Assembly: GCA_951406725.2 (NCBI GenBank)
Contig: OX597821.1
Location: forward strand, 116,436,001-116,500,000
Source: Octopus vulgaris
Taxonomy: Eukaryota
DNA length: 64,000 nt
Direction of reading: 5' to 3'
A program made the translations under genes and the position numbers. How positions within the stretch are numbered: position 1 is the stretch's first letter; the number at the start of each line of letters is the position of its first letter. The notes under the pieces are model-generated. The model was not told where the DNA came from, ran no database searches, and saw only the letters and a program-made list of their open reading frames with translations. Positions 54,373-64,000 of this stretch are shown in pieces.

Positions 54373-55169
54373 CAGTGAATAAAACTTCACAAAATGTAAA
54401 ACTCCTTATGCAAAAATAACTTCTACTTTTTTTGAGATTAAGGGACATTCTATCTGCAGCTTAGCAAGCATAGAATTATAGTCATATATTTTAGTGGTGT
54501 CTTTCTGCAACATTTGGTTTTTGTTCCAGTAAATGAACTCAATCCATTCTTGGTTGGCTGCTCTACATCCATAAGCAGATTGTCTCCAGACTGAGTAGAG
54601 ACTTTAGTATTTTCCCCTCTATCATAATGAGACAAAATCAAAATAACCATTTTCCGGTTTATGTTTCTAGTTCAGTGTGTGTGTGTGTGTGTTAATTTTG
54701 TTTTATTTTTATGGCATTCCAAGAAATGTTGCTGATAAACAAGAATCATTAATAGCAACTAAACTAAACTCCTATTTAATTCTTGTAATTATTCAGTTGA
54801 AAATTAACTTCCTTTTGATCAATAGAACTCAACAATTTATTGTTCATTATCCTGATGAATGTAGTCGAGTCTTCAGTAATTTCCTTCATTGTAAATACTA
54901 CCTTGAATACACCTAACTACAAACAAAGAAATTCAGTTGAAGGAGATTTAAAAATCATTTTACTTTCTTTTTTTTTGTCATTGAAAAACCGCTGTAAACC
55001 TCAACACTTGACCTATATTATTAATATTTATTCCACCAGTTTTAATCATTTGTTTTACTATTTGTTAATGCAGAATATCTCTGAGCTCCACAGACTCTAC
55101 TGTTCTACTATATTAATATGGGTGTATATGTTCATCAGATTATTTCATGCTTCTTTGGAAAATTTAAGA

Positions 55170-55390
55170 TATTCTTTTCTACTCTAGGCAAAAGTCCCGA
55201 AATTTTGGGGGAGTGGATGGGGGCATTTGATTAGATTGATGCCAGTACGCAACTGGTACTTAATTTATCGATCCCAAAAGCTGAAAGGCAAAGTCGACCT
55301 TGGAGAAATTTGAATTCAGAATGTAATAGCAGACAAAATACTGCTAGGCATTTCACCTGGTGTGCTAACGATTCTGCCAGCTCACCACCC
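55170..55390 (-). mobile_element. SINE family A copy
   Basis: cttttctactctaggc...ctggtacttaatttatcga...ttctgccagctcaccacc. Confidence 0.85.
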
Positions 55391-55748
55391 TATAATGCAC
55401 CTATAATTGAATGAATTAATTCATGTTGTTAACATATACACTGTTACATAAAGTAGACAGACCAGTTTAGCGTTATGTGCTTTTGTATATACTGTAAATA
55501 GGTATGTGCTAATAATTTCTCTGTAAACAGAAAGATGAGTATCTGTTCCTGATGAGGGTCCAACAAGACTAAAAACTGATTAGAGTGAATTCTTTTTACC
55601 AACAGAAACTAAAACCTGCGGTGTGACTATATTATTTACATTTCAGATTGAGAATAAATTGTATGTTTATTAAAAAGGTATATCTTACGTTTCAAATTAT
55701 ATACATATAATTATATACAAAAATTAATAGAAACTGAAAGAAGCCCTT

Positions 55749-55803
<55 letters not shown>

Positions 55804-58166
55804 TCCTTATCAGCATTGTTGTTTTATCATCATCTTCTACCTGCCTCTCACATGGATTAGACGATGATGTGTGCATGTATGTTTGTGTGTGTGTGTGTGT
55901 ATGTGTGTGTGGTGTTTCGTGTATGTGTGTGTTATTCCAAGTAGTAGTTTGAAGAATACTTGTCACATTGAAAATAAGACTATGCAGCAGTAGAAACCAT
56001 AGAGCATTTGACCAAATGCTTAACATTATTTGGCTTTTGTTTGTTTATTGATTTAGTTTCAATGAACAAGCTATATCCGTATCCTTTGTAGGCCCTCTGA
56101 GATCAGTGAAATCACTGCAGTTACCATTTCTCTCAGATATTGATGACTGCATGAAAAGAGGGAAATTCCAAACGGTTGATATCCTGAAGAGGAAAAGCTG
56201 GACATAGTGGTTAGTGGGAGATTTGGTACAGGGACAAAATATGAGTAATGAAAGAAGAGGATATGACTGAGATGGGAATATCTAAATGGAGACAGCACAA
56301 TATCAGTTAGCTGTGAAAAGCAATGATCACAGTAGCAACAGTAGAAAGGTAAAACAGAGGAGAGAATACAAAAGTGTCGGAGAGTGACTGAATACCTATC
56401 AGTTGAATGGCTTTTCTTTGGATGTGATTTAGGATTCCTGTATGAGTAGTAGATGCAACAGTGGTTTAGATGTGGAAGCAATGCTCCATTATGGTGTCAC
56501 TGGAATTTTGTAGAGAGTTGGTAATTGTTGAGGATAACCTATTTCCTGTCTCTGAAGAGACAGATTAGTCTTTGTGATTTGGATTTATCTCTGTTCATAT
56601 GCCAGTTTGCTGTTCATCCCTGCAGGGTTAATAAAATATGTGTCAGTTATGTACTTGCGTCAACCCAATTGATTTTATTCCGCTTCCAAGTATATTTCAT
56701 AGAGCTAACACAAGAAATCATTATTCTCCTTGAAGCAAAATTTAAGCGATAGTGAATCTTGATGTTTTGGTATGGATATTCTAAATGTTAAACACCAAGG
56801 AGATAAATAAAATCTCAATAAACAACAAGCTTTCATTCTTGTATTTACTTCATTAAAATTTTATAGATCTAAAAAAAATCAATATGCATGTATCGATTTT
56901 CAAAATATTTTTCTTAACATGAAGTGTGTAACAAAACTGTTCTAAAAAGTAGATAATTGTTTTACTTCAATGTGGATGCATACATGCCTAAGTGATGAAG
57001 AAATTCTCTTTGCAAGAATAAGGATAGATAGTTTCAATCTCATTGCATTGCCGGTGCCACATAAAAAAAAAAACACAGCCATGCCAGTGCCATGTAAAAA
57101 GCACCTGTGTTGATGCCACATAAAAAGCACCCTGTATGCTCTGTAGTGGTTGGCATTAGGAAGGGTATCAAGCCATAGACACCAAGCCAAAACAGACAGT
57201 TGAAGACTGGTGCAGCTTTCCAGCTTGTCAGCTCTGGTCAAACCATCCAACTCATGCCAGCATGGAAACCAGGTTTATCGGATGTGTGTGTGTGTGTGTG
57301 TATGTATGCATGTGTGATATGTGCATGTGGATGTCCATGTGGGTATTGGCTTAGGACAACTGAAGAAAACTGGTGTGGCAAGCAAAAATACATTGTGGTA
57401 TTTAATTCCACTCAAGTTATATCCATTTTCATCCAAATCAGCTTTCTCATTCTACATTATGAAATGCATCATACAAGTTACTGGGATTAATATAATTAAA
57501 TGAAACCCTTGAAAGCATTGCATTGGCATGGTCATAGGCCAAATACTGGAACTGTTTAAAATATAATCAATGAATTAATAAGACAGTACAGCTTATAAGA
57601 GAGTTGACAGAAATGATATAATACTGGATTAAATTCTTTAGTATAATTTAGTTAAAATATCTTTCTGTAAATTTTGAGTGTTGATAAAATAACCACAAGC
57701 AAACACCCTGAGATTATGTCAGTTTTCCCTCTCCTGGCAAAATGTTATTCTTGCATTAGGTTTAAAAAACCTTTATGGTTGTGTGGCAGCTGTAGGCTTG
57801 ACTGTGTGGGTGGGGATGCAGGCAAAACTAAGTGGTTAAGAAGCTCACTTTGCATCCACATGATTTGGGGTTCAGTGTCACTGTGTAGCACCTTGAGCAA
57901 GTGTCTTCTACTCTAAAGCCCTTCAAGGCAATGCCCCAGCATGGCTACTGTCCAATGAATGAAACAAGTAAACAAAAATGATACTAATACTTTAGATAAA
58001 AACACACACACATGCCAGTACCAAAAATAGCCAGGATATTTCACATAAACTCTTTATATATTGATTATTTGTGCTGACCATTTCCACCGCTTTTCCTTTT
58101 TTTTATTTTTATTTTATGTTTTTTTTTCCCCTTTGAAATTGCACAATCTGTTTATTGTACTTTCAG

Positions 58167-58283
58167 ACATGCTCAGGATGTTCGCGAACATTATGAAAGG
58201 AAATTGGAACGAGCCAACAATTTATATATGGAACTTACAGCTTGTATGCTGCAGCTTGAAAAACGGGAACGAGAACTCATCAA
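58167..58283 (+). CDS. MAP3K13: DLK/LZK leucine-zipper exon ([39 protein letters not shown])
   Basis: tttcag|A acceptor, AA|gtaatt donor. Phase 2-2 continues the frame; highly conserved zipper sequence. Confidence 0.97.
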
Positions 58284-58689
58284 GTAATTTTCATTTCTTC
58301 CTATTTTGTTTACAATTTCATTTTGGAACATTTATAAATTTTTTACAGAAAGCAAACATGGGTCATTGATATTAGGATTACAATATAATATATTAATAAT
58401 ATAATGTATTTAAAATATAATGTCTCATACATTATAATATCTCATATATTACCAATGATACAAAAGATTTCATTGTAATCTCTTGATTTATTTTTGCTAG
58501 TTATCAATTATTCACATAATTAAAAAAAATGCTTTTATTTATTAGCAGTGTTCTCTATTTAGTATTCATCCTTTATTAATATAATTCAAGCATTGGTCAA
58601 CAATCTTTTGCCTTTAATTTAGAATACTTAAAATGGACTCTTTCATTGCTTTGACAAATGAAGTTTCAACAGGACATAGCTACTCAATG

Positions 58690-59300
58690 TATCATTTCAT
58701 GTGGGAATACAGACCTATCTCGGTTTTGTAGATCCTGTTGCAGTGGTGGTTACTGTCATCTGGGAGTAGGTTGGAGCTGGCTCTGTACTGGGCTCTTTTC
58801 TCTGTAGGGCGTTAATCCAAAGTCAGAAGTGGCTTGATAACACAAGCTTCTCCACTGGCTTTTATTCAGTGCTACCAATTCCCATATCTACAGATTTATG
58901 TCACAGATTTTCAAGCAGGTTTTTTAAGTGTCCTTATAACAGAGCAGTGAATGGCCTTGATGCCTGGAACCAGAGCTAAACTGACCATAAAAGAGAGATT
59001 TACATAAGCAAATGTCTTCCATGCATACCACATGGCCAATCCACCTCCTTTGCACTTTGATAAGGAAACTCTCTATACCTAGAATGTCACATCTTGCAAG
59101 AACTCCAGCATTGGGGTTTCTATCCTGCCACTTGATGTTGCAAATTGAACGAAAGCAGTGAAGATGGAGTCTAACTATTGGATACGGTGCCTGTAGAGTA
59201 TCATTGATTCATAGCCATACATGAGAGAGGTAGGCCAGGAAGATGCCGTGATCTCTCTGCAGTCTGTGCTAGAGTCTACCAAAAGCTGAGCTGACCTTAG
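58690..59300 (-). mobile_element. Decayed RTE/BovB-like LINE 3' fragment
   Basis: Minus-strand translation SSAFGRL...HLHCFRSICNIKWQDRNPNAGVL...QRRWIGHVVCMED...LFYGQF..GSRHQG...YKDT..WELVALNKSQWR. Confidence 0.85.
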
Positions 59301-61039
59301 ACAGTTATTAACTTAAAATGCATTTACTCTGTCTAGTTCTTTGATTTATTAAGCTGTTTTGAGTAAATTTTGTTTAAATTATAAAGCCGATCAGGAGGAC
59401 TGAGAAGCTGCCTTGAATTAATTTCAAGGATATCTTTCACATTATAAATAAATATTTGAGTCCTTGTGTTATATAAGAATGTTATACTTCTTGTTATAAA
59501 ATATGCTAAAAAAATTTTTCAGCAATATTTTACACAATATGTTAAATATTAGGTATATATTCAAACAGAATTACTTAGTTATCATGTTAATAATGACTAA
59601 TGTAAGCAGATTTAAAAAATACTATTTAAATAAAAAAAAAAAACACTCATTGGAAAATAATTGCTTCTGACATTAATAAGTGTTCGTAAGAGACCTAAGG
59701 CCTTTGTGAATTAATGAAAACTTGACCAAAGAATCAATTTTTATTATTTCATACTAATATTGTTTAAAAAGAGAGCAAATAATTTATATATTATATTAGA
59801 AAATGAATATCTTCAGTGTAAAGTTTTGTTTGAAGTTCACTAAATTTATGGCTTTCATCTTCTGTGAAACGTTTGTCAGCGTATTTGATTTGCCATACTC
59901 TAATACAAAATAAGAGGGGGGAAATGAGATTAACAAGCCAAAAATTTAATCCATTAGCACCAAGAGGTTTGTAGCATAGAAATTATTTTCCTACCTGAAA
60001 ATACCATAAGTTTTTAATATGAACAGTTCAGTACAAAAGCATCGAAATTTAAATTTTCTTGAGAATTATCATGTTTTAATTATATTTTCTTTCAGGATTT
60101 ATAGTGATATTTGATTATTTGATGTTTGATTACAAACAAATGCCTGTTTTCCAATTGATAATTACTGTGACAAATTACAAGCAAATGCAGAAAAATTCTC
60201 AGTTGAACATTTTTTTTTTCTTAGGAATGTGTCGAATTTGTAAATATTATATGTTTTATTTGTAGTTAAATTACAATATAGATCTTTTGCTGTACGACTT
60301 GTCTTTTCTAGCATCTTGACTGGTTGTCACTAATTGTTCATATTGTTCAAATTAGAATTTGTCACCTTTAGTTCTTAGATATCACAGTTAGTGCTAAAAT
60401 GTATCATTACCTTTGCTTTAACCAGCACTTACACCCAAAAATACTTCCAGCAATTTGCACATGTATGTTGCTTTATAGAGATAGAATTATATTTATGCAA
60501 AGATGGTCCTCAATTCAAACACTAAAAGCCATGATCTTTCTGGAAAGTAAATAGGCTTTCACTATAGCTTAAATGTTATCAAATTTAATAATACTTCATT
60601 TTAACCTTGACTAAAATTTTACTTGTTCTTAGATATAGGCTTACGTTAAATTTCTAGGCCATCTAGCAGCAACTGTTTCTAATTATGATATTTATAGTTG
60701 TTAGATTTATCATCTGTTCAAGGAAGCTTTTCCATAGTTCCTTACCTATCAAACGATAAGTGTCAGAGGAAACTTTTTTGTCTTTATTTCTTTTATATAT
60801 TTTTATTACTAAGAATAGGAAGGGGATCATTGATGATATTTCCAGAGTCTCCAAAATTGATAAGGGAAAAGAATAAAGTCATCCTCATACTGAAGGTATG
60901 TAGGAGAAAGTAGTGACACAGACTGGTGTTGTTATAGTAGCCAATCTGCTTCCTGTAACTGTTTTTTTTTTCTTTGCTTAATATTGGTTCCAACTTATTA
61001 ATAAGGATATCCTCTTTAATTCAAAGGTTGTCTTTGTTA

Positions 61040-61440
61040 TAGTTTGTAACCCTGATGGATACAGAAAAGTTCCAGGTACTGCTGCAGGTGTTTGTGGACT
61101 GGAGTGTTTGTGCACACATATTCCTTGATGCATATGTACTGCTTTCCAATTGTGATCCCAATGTTGGTTGCATCACATTTGCTGCAGACTACCTCATATA
61201 ACATGTAGACCTTTGAGTTAGTTGTTGATTGGGCACCTGGACAGTGTGCACCATCTGTATGCTTAGTCCCTGCCTGCAGATTGCACAATGGATTGCAGCA
61301 GTGGTTTAGTCATCAAAGTAGGGTAATTTTAGGAAGCACATGTCAGTCTTGGAAGTTTGCAAATGAACAGATTCTGCTGAAGGCATCTATGGACCAGGTG
61401 ATGGTATTAAACCAGTTGCCAGATTAAGTTTAACATTCAA
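61040..61440 (-). mobile_element. Decayed Penelope-like element (linker plus GIY-YIG endonuclease remnant)
   Basis: Minus-strand FLKLPYF, then YEVVCSKCDATNIGIT...IKEY...PVHKHL, resembling the VYxxxCxxCxxxYIGxT...RxxEH...VxxH pattern. Confidence 0.6.
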
Positions 61441-62003
61441 GAACAGGAATAGTCTTTCAATAAGCTTCCACGTTTTTTTTAAAAATCAAATTTCACACTT
61501 ACAAGGCTTTGGTTGATTCAAGGATATGGTGGTAGACACTTACCCAAGGTGCCATGTAGTGAGGTCTGAAACTACATAATTGTTATTTGAACTCCTTAAC
61601 CACTCGGCCATGCCTGCACCCAAGCTTAGGTCTTCTAAAGTTTTTAGCAATTTCATTACTCAATAATCTACAGCTTTTGCTCAAGACAAAAAAAATATAA
61701 GAAAACAAAGTGTAGTTTTAACTTGAGCTGTATTCTATCAAAAAAACTCATAATTATAAAGCCAAATATCAATTCATAGCAATAATTCTACAAACCAATT
61801 CTAGTCCAGGTTAGCAAAACAAATGCAAAATTCCATTTCTCTTTTGAGTCTTGAATTCTTTTAACAATAAAAATAAGTAAGTAAATAAATAATGAAATAA
61901 GATTCTTGAAAGATTTCAAATTGTTGGTTGAGTGTCTGTGCAGCCGTTTTCAACTATTGATGTGGCTCTGTTGATATCCTCCATGTTGATGTGCAATCCA
62001 CAG

Positions 62004-62132
62004 GAGAGAGCAACAACTGGCAATATATGCTAAGCGGAGGAAGAGTATTATCAGACCTGTGATCAAAGCACAAGAACGTCTTGAAAGACTGGGCAAGAAA
62101 CGAGCATATAAGTCAGGATCAGAACCCACAAG
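62004..62132 (+). CDS. MAP3K13: DLK/LZK post-zipper basic exon (REQQLAIYAKRRKSIIRPVIKAQERLERLGKKRAYKSGSEPT)
   Basis: ccacag|G acceptor, AG|gtaatt donor. In frame with the previous exon; KREQ and IRP-like motifs resemble DLK/LZK. Confidence 0.9.
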
Positions 62133-62656
62133 GTAATTCAGCATGCATCCTAATATTGATTCTCAAACAGTTTCTATAGACATTTCTTTACCTATCTCTC
62201 TTACCTTTTTGTTATTCTTTCACTTTGAGATCTCTTTTCTTTGTGCATGAATGATGAATTGACAGATAAATTAAGGAAATTACAAAGTATTAAAGAAAAA
62301 TACAAACCGATCAGTTATTCCAGAGCAAACTCTAAAAGGAATTATTCTAGCTTTCAATGTGTTGGGAATGGGAGTTTAATCCTAATTCATTGATGGGATT
62401 ATAAAAGATTTTACTTAAATAATAGATCTGAGCTTGTACAATTCCTTTAATGTTGGTGTTCAGCATGCTATAAACTATATTATGAATTCACTGTATCCTA
62501 ATTGTCTTAGATTGCCTTTGCAAATATTATTTAAAACAAAGTTCTATATCCAATATTTTCAACAACAGTAAACAAATTAATCAGTTGAAAAAAATCAATA
62601 TCTTAAAAGAACCATATTCATTTCCTTGTCTTCTCATGTATACATATATGTGTGTG

Positions 62657-63040
62657 TGGAGGTGCAATGGCCCAGTGGTTAGGGCAGCGGACTCGCGGTT
62701 GTAGGATCACGGTTTCGATTCCCAGACTGGGTGTTGTGAGTGTTTATTGAGTGAAAACACCTAAAGCTTCTCAAGGCTCTGGCTGGGTGGGTGGTGGCAA
62801 AGCCTGCTGTACTCTTTCACCACAACTTTCTCTTACTCTTTCTTCCTGTTTCTGTTGTACCTGTATTTCAAAGGGCCAGTTTTGTCACACTCTGTATCAC
62901 GCTGAATCTCCCCGAAAACTATGTTAAGGGTACACGTGTCTGTGGAGTGCTCAGCCACTTGCATGTTAATTTCACGAGCAGGCTGTTCCGTTGATTGGAT
63001 CAACTGGAACCCTCATTGTCATAACCAACGGAGAACCACT
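62657..63040 (+). mobile_element. tRNA-derived SINE family C, full length
   Basis: tRNA-like head GGTGCAATGGCCCAGTGGTTAGGG...GGTTTCGATTCCC. Body matches 43475-43790, 43107-43210 and 33685-33885 (minus). Confidence 0.88.
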
Positions 63041-63365
63041 ATGTATGTATGTATGTATGTATGTATGTATGTATGTATGTATGTATGTATGTATGTATGT
63101 ATGTATGTATGTATGTATGTATGTATGTATGTATGTATGTATGTATGTATGTATGTATGTATGTATGTATGTATGTATGTATGTATGTATGTATGTATGT
63201 ATGTATGTATGCATGCATGCATGCATGCATGCATGCATGCATGCATGTATATATGTATGCCTGCCTGCATATATGCATGAATGAATGCATGTATGTATGT
63301 GTGTATGTATATAACTATATATGTATGTATGTTTTTGTGTATCTATGTATGTTTGAATGAATGTA
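63041..63365. repeat. (TATG)n-(CATG)n microsatellite at the end of a family C SINE
   Basis: Read directly from the sequence. Confidence 0.95.
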
Positions 63366-64000
63366 TGTTTTAGGCCTGTCACATGGAAGTTCCATCTTTT
63401 CCCTTACCAACCTTGACTTTTTATACTACCAAATAATCAAACTCTATTTCTATAAATAATCAAACTCGCTTTCTCTAAATGCATAAATTCTCTGTTTTTA
63501 CATTATCATTATTTGTCAATACTTCAGCAGTAACTGCTGTGACTGCCCCAAGAATGGACTGTTTTGTTCCTATGTACACTCTACCATTCCAACCATGTCC
63601 CTTATTTTGACATCAAATATAAAGAATTCTGCTGATGCTAACTAAATTTACTATCATCAGATTCTTTGAAATCATCTTCATTTTTTGTTTGTCTATAAAT
63701 ACTCCTGATCATATCTAACTTTCACGTCATGCGTTAAGGACAAAAGCAAATGGTTTTTATTCTTTCAATATTTATGTGAAGATGTCATTGTCCCCTAATT
63801 CGTTTCCACATTCCCCCACTTCTCACACAGTCCTTCACCAATGCAGGATCAAAATTATTTGTTACTAGCTTAAAAGCCCCCATCGGGCAGCTTTTGAGCT
63901 AGCTCCTGTGGAGGGCTCTTCATTGAGCCTTGAGCCCAATTATGACACTTCATGCACTGAGTGCATATTTAATTTTATTAAACTTGACCAATATTTTTCA

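Noticed and set aside
53883-54419. 178-aa ORF with an acidic tail
   Set aside because: Made of a family D repeat plus (GAT/GAG)n low complexity; no splice context or domain.
58061-58369. 102-aa + strand ORF overlapping the zipper exon
   Set aside because: Alternative frame of the real exon plus intronic sequence.
62657-62730. tRNA-like sequence
   Set aside because: It is the head of a SINE that continues into a repeated body; I could not build a complete cloverleaf.

Overview
AT-rich, repeat-dense eukaryotic genomic DNA. The SINE families and (TATG)n/(TA)n/(CAT)n microsatellites suggest a coleoid cephalopod, probably Octopus (inference). The window lies almost entirely inside one + strand multi-exon gene, a DLK/LZK-type dual-leucine-zipper MAP3K (MAP3K12/13, wallenda/dlk-1 orthologue). 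Ten phase-consistent coding exons were assembled by hand (11207..62132, 1562 nt, about 520 codons), covering the N-terminus, the complete kinase domain and the leucine-zipper region. The C-terminal exons lie beyond the window, and a 5' UTR exon lies upstream of 11189. Introns hold several tRNA-derived SINE families, decayed RTE, RLE-type and Penelope-like retroelements, piggyBac- and Tc1/mariner-type MITEs and microsatellites. Almost all ORFs in the supplied track are repeat artefacts. The best leads are a candidate alternative promoter/first exon that splices onto an in-frame ATG, a CpG-retaining promoter-like island inside the zipper-splitting intron, several degenerate hammerhead-like cores, two long hairpins and an unusual kinase subdomain XI. 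I found no firm evidence of a wholly new biological system.
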